From assembly GCA_011958945.1 (NCBI GenBank), contig BLLT01000001.1, positions 122-64,121 of the forward strand: a stretch of DNA of 64,000 nucleotides, given 5' to 3'. Under the pieces are notes generated by a model, which saw nothing but the letters and a program-made list of their open reading frames with translations, did no database searches and was not told where the DNA came from. A program made the position numbers and the translations under genes. Positions 30,099 through 39,548 of this stretch are shown piece after piece. How positions within the stretch are numbered: the stretch's first letter is position 1; each line of letters opens with the position of its first letter. Source of the stretch: Lachnospiraceae bacterium. Lineage in GTDB: Bacteria; Bacillota; Clostridia; Lachnospirales; Lachnospiraceae.

Positions 30099-30791
30099 AT
30101 GAACAGACTAACACAGTGGATAGCTGATAATCCGGTAATAACAACATGGATTACCCTGATTTCTTTGATTGGCGTGGTGATAACAGTAATCGCTTTGATT
30201 ATGCAGATAAGAGATAAAAAGAGGAAGATAATTTGTTTTATAAAAAATTCTAATGTACTACTGGATAATACCATTTCATGCATTGATGGAATAAAAGTAT
30301 TTTTCCATCAAGATGAGGTCAATACAATAGCAGTTACAACGATTAAGATATGGAACGGAGGCAATGTAATTATTGAAATGTCAGATTTTTATCCAGAAAA
30401 AGAATTAAAGGTAATGGTTCCTGACACAGAGAAAATGTTGGCAGCAAATGTTGTAGACCAGACAGAGGATACCTGTAAAGCAGACATCTCATTAGTAAAG
30501 GAAAATGAAGCTGTTTTTACGTTTTATTGTTTAGAGCCAGGACAAGGGGCAACGATCAATTTATACCATACGAACATAGAAGAGGAAAAAACAAAGGTAG
30601 ACGGCAAGATGAAAGGCGGTAAGATAGTAAACAAGACGCTTGAAATACTTACTGAAAATGGTGAGTTGATTGTTTCAAATGGAAAATTTAGAGTGTATTT
30701 GGACGGCGGGGTTATGGGGATTGGTTTTAATTTTTACAGAAACATATTGAGGATTTTAGGGATTACTGTTAAAAAGAGAGACAAGAGTTGA
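30099..30791 (+). CDS. Hypothetical N-terminally anchored membrane protein
   Basis: One clear TM helix (ITTWITLISLIGVVITVIALIM), then a beta-rich-looking ~190-aa domain. Third gene of the AT-rich cassette. Confidence 0.5.
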   Translation: MNRLTQWIADNPVITTWITLISLIGVVITVIALIMQIRDKKRKIICFIKNSNVLLDNTISCIDGIKVFFHQDEVNTIAVTTIKIWNGGNVIIEMSDFYPEKELKVMVPDTEKMLAANVVDQTEDTCKADISLVKENEAVFTFYCLEPGQGATINLYHTNIEEEKTKVDGKMKGGKIVNKTLEILTENGELIVSNGKFRVYLDGGVMGIGFNFYRNILRILGITVKKRDKS

Positions 30792-31174
30792 AATTCCGAT
30801 AAAAAATAAGGTATTGCGAAAAGAGTATCATCTAAAGTCTTGCAATATTCAGGTCGTGCATTTGAATTAACTGTTGAAAAGCCGGTTGCTTGGGAATATC
30901 TTTTGTTTGCGGCAGCATTAAAAGATAATCTGGATAAATTAGACAATTTGAGATATGATATGAAATACGGAATTACATTCAAAAATGCAATTTTATATGA
31001 TGCACCAAAAGAAATCATTGATTTTATTTCAGATTATGATAAAAGAATAAATGAAGCAGTTTAAGGTGTAGATGAAGAGTCAGAAAAGAAAACATTATCC
31101 TTTTCGCTTATATTTAAGAGGTCTTGATGTTACAAAACTTGAATCTGGGATAAAAAAATAAGGAATTTGTTACT

Positions 31175-31333
31175 ATGAAAAAGAGAAAAGGCAAAGCAGT
31201 TAAAAAAGCAATGAAATTTGCAGAACGAAAAGCAAAGGCAGAAAAGTGGGTATCAGAATATGACGGTGCGCCTTATGGAGTTACTTGGGAAGAAATGGGA
31301 ATGCGACCTGACATGGATGGGATAGATGATTAA
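31175..31333 (+). CDS. Possible 52-aa basic/acidic small protein
   Basis: Mini-ORF MKKRKGKAVKKAMKFAERKAKAEKWVSEYDG.. ends 19 nt before the YaiI gene. Weak SD (AAGGA, 11-nt spacer). Confidence 0.3.
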   Translation: MKKRKGKAVKKAMKFAERKAKAEKWVSEYDGAPYGVTWEEMGMRPDMDGIDD

Positions 31334-31351
31334 GGAGTGGAAGCTGGATAG

Positions 31352-31798
31352 ATGAAAATATATGTAGATGCAGATGCCTGTCCGATAATATCCATTGTAG
31401 AGCAGGTGGCAGAAAAAAACAATATTGGAGTTATGCTATTGTGTGATACGAATCATGTATTGCACTCTGATTATAGTGAAGTGAAGATAGTTGGAGCTGG
31501 GACAGATGCCGTAGATTTTACTTTGATAAACCTTTGCAAAAAGAATGATATTGTTGTAACGCAGGATTATGGCGTGGCGGCAATGGCTCTTGGAAAGGGC
31601 GCATATGCGATACACCAGTCTGGAAAATGGTACACGGATGAAAATATAGACCATATGCTTATGGAGCGGCATTTAGGGAAAAAAGCAAGAAGGGCTTCTG
31701 GAAAGAATCATTTAAAAGGACCGAAAAAACGCACTGAGGAAGATAATACGAGATTCCGAAAATCCTTTGAAAAATTGCTTATGACGGCTATAAATTAG
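31352..31798 (+). CDS. YaiI/YqxD-family protein (UPF0178/DUF188)
   Basis: MKIYVDADACP N-terminus and overall pattern are typical of the family. Confidence 0.8.
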   Translation: MKIYVDADACPIISIVEQVAEKNNIGVMLLCDTNHVLHSDYSEVKIVGAGTDAVDFTLINLCKKNDIVVTQDYGVAAMALGKGAYAIHQSGKWYTDENIDHMLMERHLGKKARRASGKNHLKGPKKRTEEDNTRFRKSFEKLLMTAIN

Positions 31799-31809
31799 GT
31801 AAAAAGAAA

Positions 31810-31854
31810 AATACTTCTGAATCAAATGAATAGTTTGATTCAGAAGTATTTTTA
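31810..31854 (+). terminator. Rho-independent terminator
   Basis: Perfect 17-bp stem AATACTTCTGAATCAAA / TTTGATTCAGAAGTATT, 7-nt loop, then a T run. Confidence 0.8.
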
Positions 31855-31939
31855 TAGTAACTATATATTTTTATAGTAACTTGAAAAGATATAGTATATG
31901 TTTTATAATTGTAAATAAGAAAGACAGGAGGCAAAGGTT

Positions 31940-32317
31940 ATGCGTCAACGAAAAGAAAGTGAAGATATCCGGTGTCCATTGGAGTATGGACTCAAAATAT
32001 TCGGTGGTAGATGGAATGCCAGAATTATTTGCGTGTTGTCTGAAAAAGAGGTTCTGCGGTATAGCGAACTTCGTAAGGAAATAGGAAATATTACGGATGC
32101 TGTATTAGCAGCTTCGCTAAAAAATCTGATTGAAAATGAAATTGTGGTGAGGCAGTCTTACGATGAAATTCCGCCTCATGTGGAATATTCATTGTCGGAA
32201 AAAGGAATATCTGTTGTTCCAATCATACAAAGTATCTGTAAATGGTCTGGGGGTTCTTATAAAGAAGATAAAGAAAATATAGATGTGCATTGTCAAAGAT
32301 GCAATTTCCATCAATAG
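31940..32317 (+). CDS. HxlR-family winged-helix transcriptional regulator
   Basis: CPLEYGLKIFGGRWNARIICVL..YSELRKEI..VEYSLSEKG pattern. Confidence 0.85.
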   Translation: MRQRKESEDIRCPLEYGLKIFGGRWNARIICVLSEKEVLRYSELRKEIGNITDAVLAASLKNLIENEIVVRQSYDEIPPHVEYSLSEKGISVVPIIQSICKWSGGSYKEDKENIDVHCQRCNFHQ

Positions 32318-32485
32318 AAGCAGTTGATTACATGCTTTAGCTAATGAAAAGATAGGCTATTCCTATGTTAAAGCATAGTTTATTTATATCTTTATCTGTT
32401 GGAAAATATGGTAAAATTAAGCATGGAACATGATGAAAAAGTGCCAATTATCATATAAAACGAACACTAGAATCAGGAGGTGACT

Positions 32486-32851
32486 ATGGAACTTAAAAAG
32501 TTAGATTTTTCTTTGACTGTCTGTAAAGTGGCGTCAGAATGTGATATTGACTTGAATAAGGAGTTTTATTTCATTGGAAAAACAGATGAAGAATATTCTT
32601 TGGTGTGCATTACGGAAGATACCCCCGCAAATACATTGGAACGGGATGACGGGTGGAAAGGGTTTAGAATACAGGGGAAATTAGACTTTTCAATGATTGG
32701 TATTCTTTCCCGGCTAACTGGTATTCTTGCAGAGAACAAAATCGTAATATTTGCTGTTTCAACTTTTAACACAGACTATATTTTGGTGAAAGAAGAAAAT
32801 TTTGACAGAGCCTTAAAAACATTATCTTTGGCTGGATATGATATAGTCTGA
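32486..32851 (+). CDS. ACT-domain protein (ACT_7 type)
   Basis: GWKGFRIQGKLDFSMIGILSRLTGILAENKIVIFAVSTFNTDYILVK matches the ACT_7 pattern. ATG 32486 lies 5 nt after AGGAGG. Confidence 0.75.
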   Translation: MELKKLDFSLTVCKVASECDIDLNKEFYFIGKTDEEYSLVCITEDTPANTLERDDGWKGFRIQGKLDFSMIGILSRLTGILAENKIVIFAVSTFNTDYILVKEENFDRALKTLSLAGYDIV

Positions 32852-32912
32852 TGCAAACAGTTTTATAATCTTAAATGTATCATAATATTGTCAAGGTTAG
32901 ATTGGAGGAAGT

Positions 32913-33815
32913 ATGACATTACAACAATTAAAATATATAATAATCGTTGCGGAAAGGGGTTCTATTACAGAGGCGGCAAAAGAATTGTATATTTCTCAGC
33001 CAAGTCTTTCCGGGGCTATTAAAGAAGTAGAAAAGGAATCTGGAATAGCAATTTTTAGCCGCTGTCGGGCAGGAGTGGCATTAACAAAGGAGGGCATGGA
33101 GTTTTTAGGATATGCAAGGCAGGTCGTTCAGCAAATGGAACTTCTGGAATCAAAATATATTGATAAAAAGCCTGCAAAGCAGAGATTTTGTGTGTCTACA
33201 CAGCATTACACTTTTACGACAAATGCGTTTGTGGAACTGATACAACATTTTGGGCAGGAAAGGTTTGAGTTTATTCTGAATGAAACGCAGACACACCAGA
33301 TTGTGGAAGATGTGCGGAATAGGTTTAGTGATTTGGGAATCCTGTATCTTTGTAACAGTAATGAAAATGTGTTGAGAAAGCTGTTTGAAGAGTATAATTT
33401 GAATTTTTATGAATTATTTACGGCAACGCCTCATATTTTTATTGGCAAAGATCATCCATTGGCAAAATGTACATCTGTGAAGTTAGATGATTTGAAACCA
33501 TACCCCAGGCTTAGCTTTGTGCAGGGAACCTATGAATCTTCCAATTTTTCAGAGGAACTATTCAGCAATGAACCTGTGGAACGGAGTATTAAGGTCAGTG
33601 ACCGTGCGGCTATTGTAAACCTGATGATTGGATTAGATGGGTATACAATTTCAAGTGGTATTTTTCCGAAATATTTACAGGGTGAATCGATTGTGTCCAT
33701 TCCGCTTGAGGAAGATGAAGAGATGCACATTGGATACATACTGAACAAGGATAAAGAGCTATCAGAGCTAGGAGAGATTTATGTTGAGGCTTTAAGACAG
33801 TACCAGAAAAAATGA
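32913..33815 (+). CDS. LysR-family transcriptional regulator
   Basis: N-terminal HTH MTLQQLKYIIIVAERGSITEAAKELYISQPSLS plus a ~200-aa substrate-binding-like domain. Confidence 0.9.
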   Translation: MTLQQLKYIIIVAERGSITEAAKELYISQPSLSGAIKEVEKESGIAIFSRCRAGVALTKEGMEFLGYARQVVQQMELLESKYIDKKPAKQRFCVSTQHYTFTTNAFVELIQHFGQERFEFILNETQTHQIVEDVRNRFSDLGILYLCNSNENVLRKLFEEYNLNFYELFTATPHIFIGKDHPLAKCTSVKLDDLKPYPRLSFVQGTYESSNFSEELFSNEPVERSIKVSDRAAIVNLMIGLDGYTISSGIFPKYLQGESIVSIPLEEDEEMHIGYILNKDKELSELGEIYVEALRQYQKK

Positions 33816-33952
33816 AACATAGGATGATTCTATGTAATAACATAAAAAACAGATATTACCTATTACATAATGTTCCGTGCTAAGATATTGAAACGGAAAG
33901 CAGACATCAAAAATGTCGGGTTATGTATTAGGTAATTTTTTTCTGTTAGTAA
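33811..33952 (+). repeat. Copy A of duplicated leader/operator region (includes decayed 5-prime end of the exporter gene)
   Basis: Near-identical by eye to 35570..35699. It retains ATGTCGGGTTATGTATTAGGTAATTTTTTT (versus ATGCCGGG.. in copy B) but has lost the AGGAGG SD and terminates after 23 codons. Confidence 0.85.
33818..33834 (+). promoter_or_regulatory. Candidate LysR-type operator (T-N11-A palindrome CATAGgatgattCTATG)
   Basis: Dyad with 5-bp arms immediately after the lysR-family stop codon, upstream of the synthase gene. Confidence 0.4.
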
Positions 33953-34048
33953 TGTTTTTATTTCCCAATGGTAGAATGCCTTGACATCTAATGTAGTACC
34001 AATTTTGGATATTGATAGGGGAGTAGGATATAAATGAGGTAAGAAAAG

Positions 34049-35497
34049 ATGTGCAAAATAAAGGAGATGGGTTGCATAATGAAAGATAATACCATATATT
34101 TTGAAAACCGTCCGGTTACGATGAACGAACATAACAACCTGTTACAGATTGAGGAACATATGTATCAACTGCAGGATGTAGAAAAACCCAATGCATTCAG
34201 GAATATGTTTCCATATGATGAGATACCGAAAATACCATTTAATGACAGAGTAGTACCACACAATATACCAAAAGAAATCTGGATTACAGATACGACTTTT
34301 CGTGACGGACAGCAGTCTAGAGCGCCATATAGTACAGAACAGATTGTGACTATTTATGATTATCTGCATAAGCTCGGCGGTCCAAACGGCATGATACGTC
34401 AAAGTGAGTTCTTTTTATATAGCAAGAAGGATAGAGATGCCGTGTATAAGTGTATGGAACGTGGTTATCAGTTCCCGGAAGTCACTTCATGGATTCGGGC
34501 AAGCAAGGAAGATTTTAAGCTTGTTAAGGATATTGGAATGAAGCAGACGGGAATCCTTGTGAGCTGTTCCGATTATCATATTTTTATGAAGTTAAAAATG
34601 ACAAGAAGACAGGCAATGAATAAATATCTTTCTGTCGTTAAGGAATGTCTTGACGAGGGTATCAGCGTGAGATGTCATTTGGAGGACATTACAAGGGCGG
34701 ATATTTATGGATATGTCGTACCGTTTTGTAAGGAATTGATGAAACTGTCAGAACAGTATAAGCTGCCGATTGTTGTGCGTGCCTGTGATACAATGGGGTA
34801 TGGTGTCAATTATCCCGGTGCGGTTATTCCAAGAAGCGTTCAGGGAATTATTTATGCGATTCATACACACGCAGGAGTACCGCATGAGTGGATTGAATGG
34901 CATGGTCACAATGACTTTTATAAAGCAGTTACAAATTCAACAACGGCATGGCTTTATGGTTGTGCAGGCGTCAATACGTCACTTTTTGGTATCGGAGAAC
35001 GCACAGGTAATACACCGCTTGAGGCGATGGTATTTGAATATGCGCAGTTGCGTGGAACATTAAACGGTATGGATACTACTGTGATTACAGAACTTGCAGA
35101 ATATTACGAAAAAGAAATCGGATATCGGATTCCGCCTAGAACACCGTTTGTTGGGAAAAATTTTAATGTTACAAGGGCAGGTATTCATGCGGACGGCTTG
35201 TTAAAGAATGAGGAAATTTATAATATCTTTGATACTGAGAAGTTCCTGCGTAGACCAGTGCTTTGCGCTGTTTCAAATACTTCCGGTCTTGCGGGTATTG
35301 CACATTGGATCAATACCTATTTTAAACTTGCGGATGAGGAAAAATTTGAAAAGACTTCCGATCTTGTAGCTTATGTTAAGACATGGGTAGATGCAGAGTA
35401 TGAGAGTGGTCGTGTTACTGTCCTTACGGACGACGAACTCTTGGCGGTTATTGATGAGGGATGTAGGACGCTTGGTATCACATTCAACAAAGGATAA
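34049..35497 (+). CDS. HMGL-like 2-oxoacid/acetyl-CoA condensing enzyme (isopropylmalate / homocitrate / Re-citrate synthase family)
   Basis: ITDTTFRDGQQS, WHGHNDF and GIGERTGN motifs. 482 aa. In-frame alternative starts at 34067 and 34079. Confidence 0.8.
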   Translation: MCKIKEMGCIMKDNTIYFENRPVTMNEHNNLLQIEEHMYQLQDVEKPNAFRNMFPYDEIPKIPFNDRVVPHNIPKEIWITDTTFRDGQQSRAPYSTEQIVTIYDYLHKLGGPNGMIRQSEFFLYSKKDRDAVYKCMERGYQFPEVTSWIRASKEDFKLVKDIGMKQTGILVSCSDYHIFMKLKMTRRQAMNKYLSVVKECLDEGISVRCHLEDITRADIYGYVVPFCKELMKLSEQYKLPIVVRACDTMGYGVNYPGAVIPRSVQGIIYAIHTHAGVPHEWIEWHGHNDFYKAVTNSTTAWLYGCAGVNTSLFGIGERTGNTPLEAMVFEYAQLRGTLNGMDTTVITELAEYYEKEIGYRIPPRTPFVGKNFNVTRAGIHADGLLKNEEIYNIFDTEKFLRRPVLCAVSNTSGLAGIAHWINTYFKLADEEKFEKTSDLVAYVKTWVDAEYESGRVTVLTDDELLAVIDEGCRTLGITFNKG

Positions 35498-35569
35498 GTG
35501 AATTTAAATTATATTATTCCTTGATGTTTGTAGTATAAGTCTGTTTTTCATAGAAATAGCGTCAGAAAT

Positions 35570-35699
35570 AATGAAACATAGGATTAACCTATGCAAAAGC
35601 ATAAAAAACACATATTACCTATTACATGATGTTCCGTGCTAAGATATAGAAACGGAAAGGAGGCAAAATATGCCGGGTTATGTATTAGGTAATTTTTTT
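35570..35699 (+). repeat. Copy B of duplicated leader/operator region (functional leader of exporter operon)
   Basis: Matches 33811..33952. Contains AGGAGG and the true start of the LysE-family gene. Confidence 0.85.
35577..35593 (+). promoter_or_regulatory. Candidate LysR-type operator (CATAGGattaaCCTATG)
   Basis: Perfect 6-bp-arm dyad of T-N11-A type, ~75 nt upstream of the exporter start. Confidence 0.4.
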
Positions 35700-36254
35700 A
35701 TCTATTCTGTCATCAATGCTTTTACGCCGGGACCGGGGAATATTCTGGCGTTAAATACTGTAACAAATTATGGATATAAAAAAGGGAAACCACTTTTTTG
35801 GGGAATTTTTGCAGGCTACTATGTGGTACAGATTATATGTGCAGTTTTTGTATTTGGGGTGAGTACCTTTTTACCGAATGTACTTGGTATTATGAAATAT
35901 ATAGGAGCTGCTTATATTTTATGGCTGGCAGTCCACATTGCGTTAAGCAAACCAACTACAGATACTGTCGAAAAATCGGCATCATTCATAAAAGGATTTC
36001 TGTTACAGTTTGTCAATGTAAAAATATATTTATTCGGAATTACTGCATTGACAGGATATGTTACGGATTACAGCACTTCCTTATGGGTTTTGCTGCTGTT
36101 TGAACTTATGATTGCAACAATCGGAACAGTTGCGACACTCACATGGGTTGGATTGGGAGTTCTGATACAAAAGGCATATCAAAAGCATTACAGGGTGATA
36201 AACATAATTCTTGCCCTGACCTTATTAGAGTGTGTATATAGTATGTTGAAATGA
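35670..36254 (+). CDS. LysE/RhtB-family amino-acid exporter
   Basis: 194 aa, ~6 TM helices, N-terminal NAFTPGPGNILALN motif. Confidence 0.85.
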   Translation: MPGYVLGNFFIYSVINAFTPGPGNILALNTVTNYGYKKGKPLFWGIFAGYYVVQIICAVFVFGVSTFLPNVLGIMKYIGAAYILWLAVHIALSKPTTDTVEKSASFIKGFLLQFVNVKIYLFGITALTGYVTDYSTSLWVLLLFELMIATIGTVATLTWVGLGVLIQKAYQKHYRVINIILALTLLECVYSMLK

Positions 36255-36273
36255 CGAAAGGGGTGTTGCGAAC

Positions 36274-37404
36274 ATGCAGATAAAAAGAAATGTTCTTTTA
36301 AATCCCGGTCCTGCGACAACAACAGATACCGTAAAAATGGCGCAGGTTGTACCAGATATTTGTCCACGTGAAAAAGATTTTTCATCAATGATGAAACGGA
36401 TGCGTGAAGATTTAGTTCGGATTGTACATGGCGATCTCAATAAATATACTTCTGTACTTTTTTGTGGTTCAGGCACGATGATGATGGATGTGTGTATCAA
36501 TTCGCTTTTACCAAGAGCAAAAAAGATACTGATTATTAATAATGGATCTTACAGCATGAGGGCAGTAGAAATCTGTGAAAATTATAATCTTCCGTTTATC
36601 AATTTTGAATGTCCGATTGACGAATTACCGGATTTGGATAAGATAGAGCAGATATTAAAGGAAAATCAGGATATTGCGCTTGTTTATACAACACATAATG
36701 AAACCGGAACAGGTATTTTGAATCCGGTAAGGGAAATTGGTTTACTTGTACACAAATATAACGCTGTTTTTATAGTAGACACGATTTCCACTTATGCGAT
36801 GCGTCCGATTGACATTGAAAGGGATCATATTGACTTTTGTATGGCATCTGCACAAAAAGGATTGATGGCAATGACAGGGCTTTCTTTTGTCATTGGCAAT
36901 ATAGAAATAATTAAAAAGTCGGCAGAATATCCGAAACGTTCTTATTATTGCAATCTGTATATGCAGTATCATTTTTTTGAAACAACAGGCAAGATGCATT
37001 TCACACCGCCCGTCCAGACTATTTATGCCGCCCGGCAAGCGCTCGATGAGTATTTTGCGGAGGGAGAGGAAGCAAAATGGAAAAGACATTTGGAAGTATT
37101 TGAGGCAATCCATGCAGGGCTTGATAAACTTGGCTTCAAGGATATTATCAGAAGAGAAATACAGGCAGGTCTTGGGGTTACGGTGAAATACCCGGATGAT
37201 GAAAACTGGAGTTTTGAAAAGATACATGATTATTGCTATGAGCGTGGATTTACAATATATCCCGGAAAGACAGCAGCGCAGAACACATTTCGACTTTGTG
37301 CGCTTGGAGCCATCACGAAGGAAGATATTAAAGATTTTTTTATTGTTCTGTATGAGGCACTCAAAGTAAACAATATTCAGATACCGATTCATTATAATGC
37401 TTAA
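36274..37404 (+). CDS. Class V aminotransferase, 2-aminoethylphosphonate:pyruvate transaminase (PhnW)-like
   Basis: LLNPGPATTTDTVK N-terminus, HNETGTGILNP, SAQKGL (PLP Lys) and FTIYPGK. Collinear with PhnW-type sequences recalled from memory. Confidence 0.75.
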   Translation: MQIKRNVLLNPGPATTTDTVKMAQVVPDICPREKDFSSMMKRMREDLVRIVHGDLNKYTSVLFCGSGTMMMDVCINSLLPRAKKILIINNGSYSMRAVEICENYNLPFINFECPIDELPDLDKIEQILKENQDIALVYTTHNETGTGILNPVREIGLLVHKYNAVFIVDTISTYAMRPIDIERDHIDFCMASAQKGLMAMTGLSFVIGNIEIIKKSAEYPKRSYYCNLYMQYHFFETTGKMHFTPPVQTIYAARQALDEYFAEGEEAKWKRHLEVFEAIHAGLDKLGFKDIIRREIQAGLGVTVKYPDDENWSFEKIHDYCYERGFTIYPGKTAAQNTFRLCALGAITKEDIKDFFIVLYEALKVNNIQIPIHYNA

Positions 37405-37453
37405 CAGCCTGTTTCATACCAAAAAACAGGGAAAATTTTTAGGAGGAATTGAT

Positions 37454-38716
37454 TTGAAAGACGAAACAAAATGCTTACATGCAGGTTATCACCCTAAAAA
37501 CGCAGAGCCACGGGTTATGCCGATTGTGCAAAGTACCACATATGTTTATGATTCTACGGAAGAAGTTGCAGCAGTGTTTGATGATCCGATGAAGTCATTG
37601 ATTTATTCCAGATTTGGAAATCCGACAGTAATGGCGGTTGAGGATAAGATTGCAGAGCTTGAAGGCGGTATTGGAGCGATGTGTACCACATCAGGTCAGG
37701 CGGCAGTGTTATTGTCGTTGCTCAATATCTGTAATGCGGGAGACAGTTTTATCAGTACGACAGAAATTTATGGTGGTTCTGTCAATCTGTTTTCACATAC
37801 ACTCAGACGGTTAGGAATTGAGTGCATTTATATTGATAAAAATGCAACGGATGAAGAAATAGGGGCTGCATTTCAACCAAATACAAAGGCGGTATTTGGA
37901 GAAACGATTGCGAACCCGGCATTGACAGTTTTGGATATAGAACGGTTTGCGGCTATTGCACATCAGCATGGTGTTCCTTTGATTGTAGATAATACGTTTG
38001 CAACGCCTGTCTTGTGCAAACCCTTTGAGTTTGGGGCAGATATAATCGTTCACTCCACATCAAAATATATGGATGGTCATGCGGTACAGGTAGGAGGGGC
38101 GATTGTAGACAGTGGAAATTTTGACTGGACAAATGGCAGGTTCCCGGATTTGACAGAGCCGGATGAATCCTATCATGGGATTTCCTATACAAAGACATAT
38201 GGGAAAAAGGCATATATTGTAAAGGCAAGGATGCAGCTCATGCGTGATTTTGGTGTTTACCCTGCCGCACATTCCGCATTTTTGCTGAATCTTGGACTGG
38301 AAACATTGGCAGTGAGAATGAAGCAGTATTGTGAAAATGCTATGACAGTAGCGGAATATTTAGAGCAGTCAGACAAAGTGGAAAAGGTAAATTATCCGGG
38401 ATTACAAAGTGATGAAAATTATGGATTGGCTGAAAAGTATCTGAATGGGTGCAGCGGCGTTACGTCTTTTGTCATCAAAGGGGGCAAAGAAGCAGCGGTA
38501 AAATTTATGAATAAGTTGCAGCTTGCATCTAATGAAGTTCATGTTTCAGATATACGAACCTGTGTCTTACACCCTGCAAGCGAAACACACAGGCAGTTGA
38601 CCGATGAACAGTTAGTTGCAGCAGGGATTGAGCAGGGACTGGTTCGTCTTTCTGTTGGATTGGAAAATGTGGAGGACATTATTGCAGATCTGGAACAGGC
38701 ATTTTCTGAACTGTGA
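37454..38716 (+). CDS. Cys/Met-metabolism PLP enzyme, O-acetylhomoserine sulfhydrylase (MetY)-like
   Basis: TTG 37454 lies 6 nt after AGGAGGA (the ORF-track ATG 37397 is less likely). YSRFGNPT and HSTSKYMDGH motifs. Confidence 0.85.
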   Translation: MKDETKCLHAGYHPKNAEPRVMPIVQSTTYVYDSTEEVAAVFDDPMKSLIYSRFGNPTVMAVEDKIAELEGGIGAMCTTSGQAAVLLSLLNICNAGDSFISTTEIYGGSVNLFSHTLRRLGIECIYIDKNATDEEIGAAFQPNTKAVFGETIANPALTVLDIERFAAIAHQHGVPLIVDNTFATPVLCKPFEFGADIIVHSTSKYMDGHAVQVGGAIVDSGNFDWTNGRFPDLTEPDESYHGISYTKTYGKKAYIVKARMQLMRDFGVYPAAHSAFLLNLGLETLAVRMKQYCENAMTVAEYLEQSDKVEKVNYPGLQSDENYGLAEKYLNGCSGVTSFVIKGGKEAAVKFMNKLQLASNEVHVSDIRTCVLHPASETHRQLTDEQLVAAGIEQGLVRLSVGLENVEDIIADLEQAFSEL

Positions 38717-38759
38717 ATTTAAGATACTAAAATTTGTTTTTGAAAGGAAAAGTAGAAGG

Positions 38760-39548
38760 ATGATATTGCATAATATTTATTTTAGCGCAAAGGGTACAAC
38801 GGAGATATGTGCAGGCTGTATAGGTCAGGAATTAAATTTACAGATGAAACCTTATAACTGGTTTGAAAAACCATGCAATGAGTTGTTGGAAATTTCCTGC
38901 GAAGATGTATTGTTGTTCAGTATGCCAGTGTATGGTGGGTTTATTCCGCAGTTATGCGCTAAAATGGCAAAAAATTTGAAGGGCAACAATACTCCGGCTG
39001 TTATTGCCGCAGTATATGGAAATCGACATTATGATGATGCATTGCTGCAGATGAAGGATATTTTAACGGAGCAGGGATTTTATGTAATAGCGGCAGGGGC
39101 ATTTATAGCGGAACATTCTGTTTTTCCGAGTGTGGCATCAGGACGCCCGGATGATAAAGATAAAGCGGCGATGAAAGCGTTTGCTGCAAAGTGTTGCCAG
39201 CTTTTGAGTATTCGCAATTTGAAAAATTGTAAAGAAATCAGCCTGCCGGGAACACAGGGATATGATGGGTTCTCTTATGAGGGAGTACCGTTCAAACCGG
39301 ACGGTGATGATAAGTGTGTTGCCTGTGGGGAATGTAAAAGAATTTGCCCTCAGAATGCAATTAGTGAGGGGGATTTTAGAAAGACAGATAATGACAAGTG
39401 TATTGCCTGTGGTGCCTGTATAAAAGTGTGTCCTGTTGGGGCAAGAAACTATCACAGCGAGGTTTATGAACAGGTTCGAGGTGATTTTGAAAAGATGTGT
39501 GCAGAATACAGAGAGCCGGAAATGTTTTATGTAGAGGAGGCAGAATGA
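38760..39548 (+). CDS. Flavodoxin-like / 2x[4Fe-4S] ferredoxin-domain protein
   Basis: ATG 38760. Flavodoxin-like N-terminal half, C-terminal CVACGECKRICP and CIACGACIKVCP. Confidence 0.7.
   Translation: MILHNIYFSAKGTTEICAGCIGQELNLQMKPYNWFEKPCNELLEISCEDVLLFSMPVYGGFIPQLCAKMAKNLKGNNTPAVIAAVYGNRHYDDALLQMKDILTEQGFYVIAAGAFIAEHSVFPSVASGRPDDKDKAAMKAFAAKCCQLLSIRNLKNCKEISLPGTQGYDGFSYEGVPFKPDGDDKCVACGECKRICPQNAISEGDFRKTDNDKCIACGACIKVCPVGARNYHSEVYEQVRGDFEKMCAEYREPEMFYVEEAE

Noticed and set aside
30840-31064. 74-aa ORF after the membrane-protein gene
   Set aside because: It opens directly after an in-frame stop with a TTG and no SD. It looks like the 3-prime fragment of a disrupted gene. It is not reported as a feature and is mentioned only as a possible remnant.
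33863-34132. Minus-strand 89-aa ORF and the plus-strand 23-codon stub (33913..33984) in the synthase leader
   Set aside because: The interval is the duplicated leader. The stub is a decayed copy of the exporter 5-prime end without an SD. The antisense ORF has no support.
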